Assembly (NCBI GenBank): GCA_025201805.1
Contig: MU619354.1
Coordinates: 1 to 64,000 of the forward strand
From: Parasitella parasitica NRRL 2501
Lineage: Eukaryota > Fungi > Mucoromycota
Reading direction: 5' to 3'
DNA length: 64,000 nucleotides
This document shows, one piece after another, positions 28,201 to 40,254 of this stretch. Below the pieces are notes generated by a model. The model ran no database searches. It had not been told where the DNA came from and saw nothing but the letters and a program-made list of their open reading frames with translations. How positions within the stretch are numbered: position 1 is the first letter of the stretch; every line of letters begins with the position of its first letter. The position numbers were made by a program, and so were the translations under genes.

Positions 28201-30559
28201 AAATTGAGCTCTACATCTGCCCATAACGATTCCCAAGTAATAGAAATTACTGCCAAATTTGAACAGGAAATTTCCGATTTAAAGTTAAGACATGCTGAAC
28301 AAGTAGAAAGTGTAACCAAGGAGCATGCTAGCCAAAGAGAGATTCATGCAAAGGAACTACAAAGATCACATGCAGCCGCTTATGATGCACTCAAAGAAGA
28401 ACATGGCATTTTGGTGAAAAATCTCGAGCAAGAATTGGAACAACGTTTGCAGGTCGCCATTGACAAGTTAAAAGCTGATTACAAAGCTGAGAATTCTGTT
28501 CTTGAGAGCCAGCATGAAACTGAGATTCAAGCGCTTGAAGCTAGGCATATCAAGGCGTTAGAGTCGATCCAATCTGAACTTAGTGCTAAAACTGATGAGC
28601 TATTGCAAACTAAAAAATCATTAACCGGGCAGGTAGACGCTCAACGTCAAGTATTGGAAACTTTAGAAATCAAGCACCAGGATGTGTTGAAACAATTGGA
28701 GACTCTTAAAGAAAATGACTCTGGCGAATTGACGAGTTTTATTGAAGAACACAACAAAGAACTAAGCCAGTTGAGAGAAGTAAACCAGCAGCTTGAAAAC
28801 AAATATAAACAAAAGATGGAAGAGCTAGAAGCATTGCACATTGCAGCACTCGATAACCTCACCAGTGAACAACAGTTGGCTGTAGAGTCTATTCAAGCAG
28901 AACACAAGGTTACACTGGATCAGGAACTAAGTTTACGTGATGAATTAAAGAGGCATCTAGATAATGAATCTGAAACGCTCAAGGAGACGCATCTCATTGC
29001 TATTCAAACTTTAAATGAAACACATCAACAAACCATTGCAGCATTACAAAACGAAATCGTTGAACTCAAGGAGAATCATCGTATCAATATTGACAAGGAA
29101 CTTGATCAAGTAAAGGATGAGCATCAAGTCGCGTTAAATCAATTAGCAACTAGCCATTCAGCCTATATTGAGGAGGTTCAAGCCTCGCATAAAGAAACAA
29201 TGAAACAATTTGAGGAAAGCCAAGAATCCAGAACAGTCGGTAACACTGAAAAGCTCAAGGTACAGTATAAATGTGTATTTATAGAAGTAAAATATGTGTA
29301 ACAGGGAATTTCTCATGAAAATTATGTTAGGTCGAACTACAACAAAAGTACGATAATATGCTGGAATGTGTTACTTTAGAGCACGAACAACTCATTGAAA
29401 AATTAAGACGAGAACACGAATTGCAATTCGAGACTTTACGATCCAAAGTTGAGGTAAATTTTCAGGTACAAAGAAAACATTTTGTACGACTTTCTAAATA
29501 GATCGAAAATAGACCGAAATAGCAGAAGATTATGAGGGACAAATGAACAAATTAGTGTCTGAGCACAATCAAACTAAAAATCAGTTAGAATCTCAAATCA
29601 AAGAAAGTATGGCTTTGATTGAATCAAACAAGAAAGATTATCAGCTACAGTTGTCAAAATTGACTTCAGAAAACGAGTCGAAATATCTTAAAAGCAATGA
29701 AGATATCACAGATAAAATGCAGCATGAAATTGAATCAATTCAATTGAAATGGCAACAAGAAAAGCAGAATCTACTTGAAAAACATCAAAAAGCCAGTGAA
29801 CTACTTTCTGATAAATTGACAGCTACAGAGAGTCAACTTGACAATATGACTAACCAATACAACCATAGTAATGACGAATTACGTACACTCAAAATAGCCT
29901 ATGAGAAAATGATCCAAGTCAAAGATAAAGAAATAAAAGAAGCAGCAGAAGAAAAGGTAAGCAACGATAATAAATAAATTGTAACTTTATTCACCGTCAA
30001 TTGCTCAAAAGACGGATGATATCCGGGTCCAATCCATTGTATTTCAACATCAAAAAGAGATAAATGTACTTCAGACGCAATTTCAGCAATTACTTGATTT
30101 GAAGGACAAGGAATTGGAAAGTTTTTCTTACAGGCTGAAGACGGTTACAACATCACAGCATAAGGACTTGGAAAAATTGACTCATGATTACCAACAAAAG
30201 TTAGCAGTTCTTGATGCAGAATGTCAAAGAAAGGAAGAAAACTTGAACTCAAAAACATTGGAACTCCGGTGGTCGACCGCGGAGTTTGAATCGTCTGAGG
30301 TAACAGCAAACTTCTTTTTATGGTAATAATTCTGACAACATTTTGTTAGACTAAATTGAAGGACCAGGGCGCGAAACTCCAGAAATTGGAAAATGAAAAT
30401 CAACATCTTCATCAGAAAGTGCAACAATGCCAAGAGGAGAATGCCCAAATGTTGAGGTAATTTGCAGACGCAGACAATAGTTTCAATTACTAACGGTTAT
30501 CACACAAACTATATAGACTTATCCATCAGCTTCAATCCGAAATGCACCATATCCATTAA
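25230..30559 (+). CDS. Large multi-exon coiled-coil protein with basic Ser/Thr/Pro-rich N-terminus
   Basis: Consecutive plus-strand ORFs joined by short GT-AG introns; E/Q/K/L/H-rich coiled-coil sequence; conserved-looking C-terminus QFQQLLDLKDKELESFSYRLKTVTTSQHKDLEKL; stop at 30557-30559. Confidence 0.85.
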
Positions 30560-30754
30560 ACAGAATTTTTTCGATTTATAGCAGAAAAAACAAAGCGAGA
30601 GACCCACACGTGCTGCAAACTATATATAACCCAATCAAAAATAACCAATTTAACAAATATAAAAATAAAACATTTATCTTTTTATATACTTTTTTTTTCT
30701 TTTTCGCTCCACCTTTTTTCCTTTTCTTCCATTGAATCTTTTCTAATTGTGCAA

Positions 30755-33700
30755 ATGAGTCAACACAACTATGATGATTCTACAAACACCACAATTCCAT
30801 TAAAAAGAACACGAGCTAAGAGGAGCTGTGATTTCTGCAGGAAAAGAAAGGCACGATGCGATGCAGACCATATAGTACCTTGTTCAAATTGCAAAGCGGT
30901 AATGCATGTATTATCTGACATTTTGGGCCTTTTTAATCTCTTTTATTTTTGATAGTGGGGATTTAATTGCGAATTTTTAACAGTTAGAAAGAAAAGAGGA
31001 CCCCCCAGTGTGTGAGAATATGTTCCTCAATTAAATGTATCATTCGAATTTCTCTAATTTGCTATCGTAGTTATGTGGAAAACCTCGAAATTAGGTGTAA
31101 AAAGATGGAATCCCTTTTAACCTCTTTGACAAAGACATCTATAAAAGACATTGAAAGAAATGATTTCCGATTTGAATCTTTAAAATCTTGCGAAAAAGAC
31201 CTTGTACTCGATTATAAACAGGATCATGACGAACAACCAGATAACGATTCCCAAGAAGAAGATGTAGATGAAGCTGATTTGACAGAAGACGACTCTATAG
31301 AATCTTCGAATCATGACAATATGGAAGAAACTCTCGCTAATCTTAACGTTGACGATTACGACTCTATCAAGTATACAGGACATTCTGCTGGCTTGCAACT
31401 ACTCGACCAAAATTTATTTAAATCAAAGCCTTATGTGCAATGGCCTGGACGAGAAGATGTTGCTTTGCGTTTAATGTCTCAAAACGAATTGCTAGTTATT
31501 CGCTCATCTGGAAAGAAAGAAACGAGACTTGATGTTGGATTTTCATTAAACAGTTCTATTTTTGATGAAAAGGATACCTGGAAACCACAACAAAATACAT
31601 TGACAGATTCCTCATTACCTTCGACCAAACTGATCGAAAAAGCACTCCATCTGTACGTAAAATGATGTTACTACCTTATTGTTTACTGACTTATATTACA
31701 AATATAGTTATTTTAGCCATATTCATACATTTTTGCCGATAGTAAACAGAACCCGATTTGAAACACTTCAAGTCAAGAAGTCTTCTAGTTACAACACCTC
31801 AGACAACGTTCTCACCCAAGCCATACTAGCTGTTGCCTTTCGGTTTGCATCACGCCATTTTCCAAAGTTTTTTAACAGTAGAAAAGCGGCACTCTACGCC
31901 GATACTTATTTTAGAAAAGTAATGCAGAATTTACAAGATATCTACCGCGCTCGCCTGCGACATGTACAAGCTGCATTGCTGATGACCCTCTATTTGGATA
32001 TGGACGAAACAGCAGATGTTGAATCACTACAATGGCACACGTTAGGGAAAGCAATTCGAATGGCCCAAGACATTGGCTTGCATCGATCCTGCTCCAACTG
32101 GGATTTACCCCCTTCAGAAATTGAAACCAGACATCGTGTATTTTACGCCTGCTATATTCTAGATAGATTGATGGGTGCTCGCGCTGGAAAACCATTGACT
32201 ATTCTGGATCGTGATTTTGATACCGAACTGCCAGTTGCCCATGAAGTTCATGACAACAGTAACCATGCATGTGCCACAGGACCTTCTATTTATCATTCGT
32301 TCATCAAACTTATTAAATTGGCAGAAATCCTTGGCAGGGTTTTGAAGGCTTTGTATGCGCCCAAATCTAAGCATTCAAATGCAAACGCTGGTTTAGATGA
32401 CCCAACCATCCTTGCTGTATTTGACCGCCGTCTCAAAAACTGGAAGGCAAGCTTAGGTGAAACGACCGAAGATGGTGTCCATTGGTCTCAAGCTCAAAAA
32501 GGTAAATAAGCCCATTTATAGATTTAAAATAAGTCAATAGCTGAGAAAAATGTTGTAATTTTATTACAGTGAATCTTTTATTATTATATTACACCGTAAT
32601 GCTATTGTTGCATCGTCCGTTCATAGAGTTCTCATCGGCTGAAAAAAATTACGTTCAAGGATCTATCAATTTAGATGTATTAGCTGCAGATTCTCGACAA
32701 GCTTGTGAAAATGCAGCTTCCAACATCTCGGTTATTATAAGACAAAAACAATCATTGATGTCTGACCTGGACTCCTACGCGCCGTTTTGTTTACCCACCT
32801 GTTTCGTGTATTCCATGTTTCAGTCTTCTTTAATTCACTTGGCCATTGCTATCAGGAACCGTGATTCGTTACGCAGATTGAGATTACTTCAACGTTCTAT
32901 TGGACTATTAAAACAACATGAACAGCTTGTATCTGCACAAAGAGCACATCATATTTTGACCATGTTGGTGACAATCAATGGGATTAATATCAACAACTTA
33001 CTTGAAAACGAATCAACTGAAGATGAAGATCAATTTATTCTGGACGATGGTTTGTCCCAAAAAATTAGCCCTAATTTGCCAAAGCAAGCAGGTCCTAACG
33101 AACTACGCTTTGCGAATGATCAACCCGTGATAGACCAAATAGCAGCTACTACTGATATGATACGAGGCTGCGAAGAAAACGATGCTGCCATGCCAAAATC
33201 ATCCTGGTATCAACGAATGATGAATACAAGTATCATTGGCGGAATCACCTCTGATTTACACGAAAATTCTCGGCTTCATCATAATAGTGTATCCCGAATA
33301 CATACAACTGCATTGGATCAACTTTTACCCTTTTCAGATTTGGACAATAGAGGCCCCACAGTATACCCCCATCAAAATTATGATTTGGATACCATGAAAT
33401 CCCATCGATCCTCTACGGAAATTAGCGCATTTGATTCCATGTTACAGCAACAACAGCAGCAGCTGCAGTTGCAACAACATGATCATGGCCCAACACTTTT
33501 ATCTCATCAAATACTTCCAAGAACCGGCCTTACACCTACACCAGTTTATCCACCACAAACAACAGCAGACCACGAAACGCCTGCCATTCCTTCATTTCCT
33601 AGCAATTTTTTTGGAAACTTGCCACCTCAGCAATTGAATTATCCCAACTATACCTGTCCATCTCATGCAACTTCGACAATCACAACGACAAATGCCCCAT

Positions 33701-33804
33701 CTAGCTTAAATTGGAATGATTGGAATGCTTATTTAGGTCAACAACAACAACAGCACCCAATACCTCCTCAGCAACAACAACATCATCATAATCTCCACTG
33801 TTAA
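30755..33804 (+). CDS. Zn(II)2Cys6 transcription factor with Fungal_trans domain
   Basis: KRSCDFCRKRKARCDADHIVPCSNCKA|WGFNCEF...KKRGPP; YFSHIHTFLPIV; AIRMAQDIGLHRSC...ETRHRVFYACYILDR; LLLHRPFI. Confidence 0.94.
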
Positions 33805-34766
33805 ATACCTTGTTTTATTTATATAATTAGATATAATGTATAAATATATATATATGCCTTCTTTCCTTTCCTTTCCTTCTGATATGATTTATATGTGCAA
33901 TAAATTTATGTTCAAGATAAGGTTCTATGCAGGCAAGTTTATGGACTATGCAACTTCATCTTTTTATTTATATATGTAGAAAAGTACTTGGGATACTTAA
34001 ATCAAAATATAAAAGTATTTAGTTATCACATCTAGGAGAGAATTGAGCAACATATGCTATTGTACAAAATGTATAATGCTTCAAACTCGGTGTCAAAGAG
34101 AGATAAATAATAATAAAATGAGCTGGTTTCCATTGCTTCGCGGCGCTCAGCCGAGGTTTTTTTTAATGCAACCAATTCAGTCAAAGAAATAAACTACTTT
34201 TGCAAATAAGCCTTAATATATGCTTCACCCAATGAAAATAAAGTTTACACCAGTTAGCCCTGATCATGATGGTGTCAAACAAGTATGAGACATGACTTGG
34301 TTTATTCTTTATGCAAAGGTAGAGACGTTTATATGTATTTTTGAATGAAATCTGATGAATTCTGTAGCCGATCGTTTTTGTATAGACCGCGCAAAGGAAG
34401 CAAGTTATGTCTCAAGAGTTACTCCATGGTATGATTTGCATGTCTGATCTTAGGTAGACGCCGTTTCCTTTAATGGATCAAAAACAACACCGCCGGCGCG
34501 CCGTAACGTAGTGAAAGTATGAACAGTTAGTATTGTTAGCGTTGACAAGTGAACAGAAGAAATATTAAAACTTTCGAGCAAGTTTCACGAAGCGATGCAG
34601 ACCAGCTCGTATTCTGTACGAAGGCACCATTAATCATGCTGTGCTCCCTAAAAAGCGATTTTTGACGGTGCTTCTTGCTCAGCACATTATTAATTATAAT
34701 CCGAGATTTCCAGCAAGTGTTAATATTCTTTTCTTTTTTAACTTGTACTACTAATATCGCACTCTT

Positions 34767-35630
34767 ATGAACAACAACAACAATATTCTCGAGGAAGAGC
34801 CACCAAGTTACAATCATGCTATTCAGTCAAACACTGGCCCAAATAATGAAGTGTACCGCTTTGGAAAGTTCAATGACGCTTCATTCGACTCATTTGAACG
34901 AGGCGAAATGTTCATCCAGGCGTTTTCAACGCAAATAGACGCTTTTCCTATCATACAAGCTCAAGAAATTGGAAATAATGGGTTTCTCAACACCATACAA
35001 ATCGATACCAATATCCAAAATAATCAATTATTCAAGCACCTTAAGGCGAGCCCACAAAACTCGGCTTATGTTGTTGAGCAGCAAGATAATGTTCGATTCT
35101 GGCCTGGAATTAATCTTAATCACGGACCACTCGAAGATTTCGACGCAGTTGCTTTAGCATCCCATCCATTTTTAAAGATATCCGAGTATAATGGTCAGAA
35201 CAAGTATGAGCATCAAACCATGACACATCATTATTTTGAGATTACGGTTCAACAAGCAAGCCCAAATGTAGTGATGGCTATTGGTCTTTGCACAAAACCT
35301 TATCCAATTTTCCGCATGCCAGGCTGGAATAAATTTTCTGTAGGATATCATAGCGATGATGGCCATAAGTTTTGCGACGATGCTACAGGTGGACAATCGT
35401 ATGGCCCTAGCTGGTCTGTAGGCGAAACTGTTGGATGCCTATATGCTCCAGAGACCGGTAGCGTTACTTTTACTCTCAATGGTATGACTGCGGGACAAGC
35501 GTTTTCGGGGCTGATGCGCCACAACTACTTTCCAAGTGTAGGTGCTGATGGCCCAGCACAAATACAAGTTAATTTTGGGAGACAACCTTTTAAATTTAAC
35601 GTAGATAATTGGGCTGGGCAATATATTTAG
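34767..35630 (+). CDS. SPRY-domain protein, Ssh4/Ear1-like, with PPSY motif
   Basis: HYFEITV, AIGLCTKPYPIFRMPGWNKFSVGYHSDDGHKF, GETVGCLY, FPSVGADGPAQIQVNFG; N-terminal EEEPPSY. Confidence 0.88.
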   Translation: MNNNNNILEEEPPSYNHAIQSNTGPNNEVYRFGKFNDASFDSFERGEMFIQAFSTQIDAFPIIQAQEIGNNGFLNTIQIDTNIQNNQLFKHLKASPQNSAYVVEQQDNVRFWPGINLNHGPLEDFDAVALASHPFLKISEYNGQNKYEHQTMTHHYFEITVQQASPNVVMAIGLCTKPYPIFRMPGWNKFSVGYHSDDGHKFCDDATGGQSYGPSWSVGETVGCLYAPETGSVTFTLNGMTAGQAFSGLMRHNYFPSVGADGPAQIQVNFGRQPFKFNVDNWAGQYI

Positions 35631-36339
35631 CTCGTGTAAGAGACATTTATCCAGTTCTATAAAGCATTGGAAACATTTTAGCAAATTTGTAATGGCCATA
35701 GTCTTAGCTTTCATTTTATTCAAGTAATAGACGTCTTAACAAAAGAATATCTTTTTCGATTACTCTTACAAAGATAATCAGAGAACCTTCGAGATCAAAC
35801 CTCAAGCTATCAAATTAAAGTTGTTGGCAAAGTGAGATCTATAAAAGAATGGCTACTACTCTTTAAAATGCGTAATACCTATTACATTTGCTGAGCAGTT
35901 TATACCTTCCATCAGGTTAGCTAATACGCCTCGTATTAGACTATTGAAATTACTACCTATTTCGACACAACCAGTACATAAAATTAAAATTTATCCCATC
36001 AGTGTTTGACATGGAGGTGTTTGTCGATTGTCGCTAATAAAAACTCTATATATAGTTTAAAAACTCAAAAGTAGATACCCGAGCGTCAGGCCCATCCCAA
36101 CAATTTATAGAACATACAAATTGATAAAGAAAATCCAAGGGTCTGCTGCCAAAGATATGTATTAAAAAAAATAAAGTGTCTTTGATATTATAGTTGAGAA
36201 GAGATTACAACGGAATAGTCAACAGTATTGATATAATTATGTAGGGTCGAACATTTGTAACGTATCAGCAGATTGTGAGTGATTGGATAAATTGCAATTC
36301 ATAGATCCAATGCATAATGCTTGAACACAGAAAAAAAAA

Positions 36340-36782
36340 CTACTTATCAGCCAGGGGACTATTTTCATTAGAATTGGGAGGGTTGGCTGCTGAATTGGGG
36401 TTGGAGTGAGGAATAGTATCAGGTGAAGGATGTTCTGATCCTACTTCCAAAGGTTCTTTTCCAGCTTTTGAGAGTGCGTAATCGCCAGAATCAAAGTATT
36501 TACGTTCCTAGTCAACATCGTCTGTCAAGTAACGCTTATTTATCCTGGCCAAACACCTACTTACCTTTAACTTGTGACCTAAAATATCTTTGCGATCAGG
36601 AAGTTTACCATACATACGGAACAACTTTTGCTCCTGTTCATTTAATTGCTATTTTATGTGTGTGAGAAATTATTATTTTTGTGTAAACACGTACTTGAAA
36701 TACGCAGATAAACCAAAAATTTGTATGATTATATCTTAAGACTTACACTAATATCAACCTTATTCTGTTGAGCAGGATTCAT
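36340..36782 (-). CDS. IGO1: Endosulfine (ENSA/ARPP19/Igo1) PP2A-B55 inhibitor; 3 exons, not in ORF track
   Basis: Exons 36782-36747, 36648-36565 and 36507-36340 give MNPAQQNKVDIS|QLNEQEQKLFRMYGKLPDRKDILGHKLK|ERKYFDSGDYALSKAGKEPLEVGSEHPSPDTIPH...ADK*, containing the diagnostic FDSGDY Greatwall/Rim15 phosphosite. Confidence 0.93.
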
Positions 36783-37094
36783 TTTTTTACTTTATGAAAT
36801 TGCGAATGATGAAATAAAGAACAATAGTTTATACACAAGAAGATGAAACAAAAAAAAAAGAAAAGGAAAAGTGTTCGTTGGAGGAAATGCTTGTCTTGCT
36901 GTTTCTCAACAACGAAACAGTGACGTAGAGTACCAAATGCTTCACTGCTTTAGGGCTGTCAAAATCAAACAATATTCTAACGAGAACCTTCTGATTCAGA
37001 TGTTGTAAGGCGCTTTGTTGAGAATTAGTGGTCTGGTAAGCAAACATCCAGATCAAAAAAGCAAGTACGTATACAAAACATAAAATGAGGTGAT

Positions 37095-38008
37095 CTAATA
37101 AACAGTCGACATGTGGAATCTTGATTCTTCAAAATCTTTGATCTGTTGATCATGAAGTCTATGATGACGAGCACCATTATGAAGTCTGGATGCATAGGTA
37201 CCAACAACCGACGCAAAATAAACCTGTTTTCTTAAGATTAATGAATAGTACATCACTCCACTACAAAGATATCTACCTGGATCACTTGCACAATAGACAT
37301 AATGACACCCCATAAAATAATCAACACTTTGATTGAATGCTCGCAATCCTCCGCAGATGTTGCATGCGCATTCAGGGTATCTGGATATCTGACCGGTGAA
37401 TAATAGCTATTGGTAGAAACCGTAGTAGGGACCAGATCAATTTGTGCATTTCCAAACCCAACAACCCCAGATCGAATACATGTGTTGATCATGTTTTGAC
37501 GGTACACAATCATCAAAGCCAAAGAAATAGAGAACTTGATAAAGGATAGTGAGCAACATACCCAGACGACAACACTAAAAAACTTGGCTGATTTCCTTTG
37601 TGCCTAATTTGCAAAATTAACAACAATTTTTCTCTGTACATGCTACTATAAATAACTTACAAATATTGAACCAATGGTGCCTGATAAGCCTCCAACAAAT
37701 ACTACCACGGTAAATAATAAATTGATGTAATACCACGCTTTTGCCGTTTGTCCTGAATATACAATGATAGCTGCATAGAATGAACAGTGAATGACAGATA
37801 TTAGTTGCATACATTCAAATCATACAGTTAACACCTAGAAACCCGGTAATAGCATCAAATAGATAAGCAAACTAATATGCAAATCAGTGAAATCATTCGT
37901 TATTACAGGCTGCAAAGTAATTTAACTTACAAAGAACCAAAGAGCAATAATGAACGTACCCAGACGTAGTGGTATGAAGCAACAGCATTTCTCCAGAGCC
38001 AAACTCAT
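37095..38008 (-). CDS. Four-TM (tetraspanin/MARVEL-like topology) membrane protein, 5 exons
   Basis: MSLALEKCCCFIPLRLGTFIIALWFF|FAYLFDAITGFLGVN|...WYYINLLFTVVVFVGGLSGTIGSIF|AQRKSAKFFSVVVWVCC...TC...EDC..IKVLIILWGVIMSIVQVIQ|VYFASVVGTYASRL...MSTVY*. Confidence 0.8.
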
Positions 38009-38301
38009 TTGAATTTTTTCTAAAAGATTTTAAAATAAAAAGAGGAGTAATAAAATTAAAAGTGTGTCATTTATGGTAAAATTACTGTATATATTTTTCG
38101 TGGGGCAGGGCACCTGAGGATAGTGTCCTTTGGGATATCCCAAGACATGTCAAAAATTTTCGAGCAAAACAACTGGTATTGAACAAACATGTGCATTGTC
38201 AAGTTGAGTGATTGAAAAAGCTCTTTTCAATTGAGATCTTAACATTGAATTTCTTCCTTGCCAAGCTCTCACATCATGTTTTCACCTTGAAATAAAACTT
38301 T

Positions 38302-39230
38302 TTTTTTAAAGATTTTTATTACTTGCTCCGCGTAAATTACAGAGTTTTGAGTGTAATCGAGCGGCGGGCGCAATCATCAATTATATAAGATATGAAGGAT
38401 AAGATATGAAGAATATAGTATAAAGTGGATAAAGGATAAAATAAAATGAAATAAAATTTATAAGAAAAGAAAGGATAGAGAGAGAGCCTATAAAGAAGCA
38501 TGAACTTGATTTTCGTCGATCATCTTGGAGATGTCGAGTCGAATACTGTTCAGTACGGCAGCGGTTTCGAAAGCCTTTTGGTTAAAGACAAAACGGTAGT
38601 GAGCCCTCCAAATGTTAGCCAGAGTAATCATGACTATGAGATGAGAGGGTGCCCGGGGCTTTTGACTATACCGGGTGTTGTAAAAGTTAAAAGAAAGGAT
38701 GGAATGGCAGATATCCTCAATGGTAACAGTGGGCCAAAGAAACTCAAAGATGATACCTTGCCAAACGAGAGCCTTGTTTGGACAGCGGAATAGGAAGTGA
38801 TCCAGAGTATCTGAGGCAGAAGAGCACACTACACATATGTCCGAGCTATGGCGATCAGGAAAAATCCGATGCAGGAGCGAGAGATGTGGAATACAATTGT
38901 TATTGAAACGATATATAACATTCCGCTGGATCATGATAAGTGACAGAGACCAAAAGAAGGTCCAGGCAGAAGAGTTTATAGCTCGCAAGTGTAAAGGTAC
39001 AACTAAAAGAGAAGAACAAGCCTGACGGAAAGTTTTGGAGTGACTTTGCATGGGAAATCGATTAGTAGCATTCAGAAGTAATAACTTTTGAATGAAAGGA
39101 CGCAGAGAGACTGAGGTGGACGTGGTATCTGTAACAGCATTTGGATTGCAGAGAGGTAGAAAAAAGGGTTGTAATTTGAGATTGCCTGATTCGATGCCTC
39201 GAAACAATTGCCGAGGTGCGTTTCCAAAGG
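38302..39230 (-). mobile_element. 5'-truncated non-LTR retrotransposon (L1/Tx1-like LINE) with poly(A) and TSD
   Basis: ORF2 C-terminus with zf-RVT motifs WTFFW, CVVCSSASDTLDHFLFRCPNKALVW and IWRAHYRFVF. 3' UTR, AATAAA, A9 tail. Flanking direct repeats ACCTTGAAATAAAACTTT (38284-38301) and ACCTTGAAATATAACTTT (39231-39248). Confidence 0.9.
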
Positions 39231-40254
39231 ACCTTGAAATATAACTTTATTAATAGGATTTACAAATTCAGATTCTGTCTTTCAATCAATATACGGATAC
39301 GGTCATAAAAGTGTGTACATTTTTTGACAAGTGTAATAGATTGCAAATCAAACGTACGGCAACTTTTTGGTGCAAATAATGCTGAAAAAGAAGCTATACT
39401 ACATCAAAAAAAGAGTATAATATAAATTGAACTAAAAGTGCAGTACTTTATTGCAAAAATAGGATTTCAATTTCTTAACAAGACGTGTAGTCTAGTGTAC
39501 TACTGCATCAGGTGATTTCTGCGCAAAATTAGAATTTAAATTGCATGGTAAAGTGTTTTACTATCAAAAATCTGTCCGAAAATTTTACAATGTTGGTTCT
39601 ATTTTGTATGATACTATTTGCTTTTGTAGCTCTATTTCTCACGCATTTTCCCGGAACCAAAGAATTAAGGCGCGGATTCTCGTAAAATGCACTATCTCCA
39701 TCGAAAATTAACATTTTTGAGAAAGTAAAAGCTGCACAGGCGCCAACGAATATAACAAATGAAGTTTGATAGACACACTTGAATTAATGAACTTTTATGA
39801 ATTTTGCAATAGAAACGACCAATATTATTAAAGCTTAAAAATGTTGTTAACGATTGCTATAGTTAAGATACGAAATTCTGATCATTGACCTTTTTTGATC
39901 ACAGAAATAATTCCGCCATTGTGAACGGAATCGGCTGATGTCGCCAGCTGCCTCATCATGACAATGCTCTCGGTAAAGCCAAGATCCAAATAAAGCATTA
40001 TATTGAAGTTTAATAGGTCTCTCATAGGGTTATCCCGTAAAATATAACTGACATAAACCTCAAAACCTCAAGCTTAAGACAACCATTGTAAGATTCGTCT
40101 AATTAGCTTGTATGCCCGCGCTACACCAAAGACTTTGTTAAGTGAACGTTTGTGCATTCCTTACACAGTTGGGTGACTCGTATTATGGAGACTCGGTGTA
40201 AAAAATTGATGTCTCTTCTTCTTCGCTTGAACAGCACAACACATTGGATAATTG

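Noticed and set aside
34141-34503. CGG/CCG-rich words (CGGCGCTCAGCCG, CGGCGCGCCG) as Zn2Cys6 binding sites
   Set aside because: Too short and unspecific without conservation data
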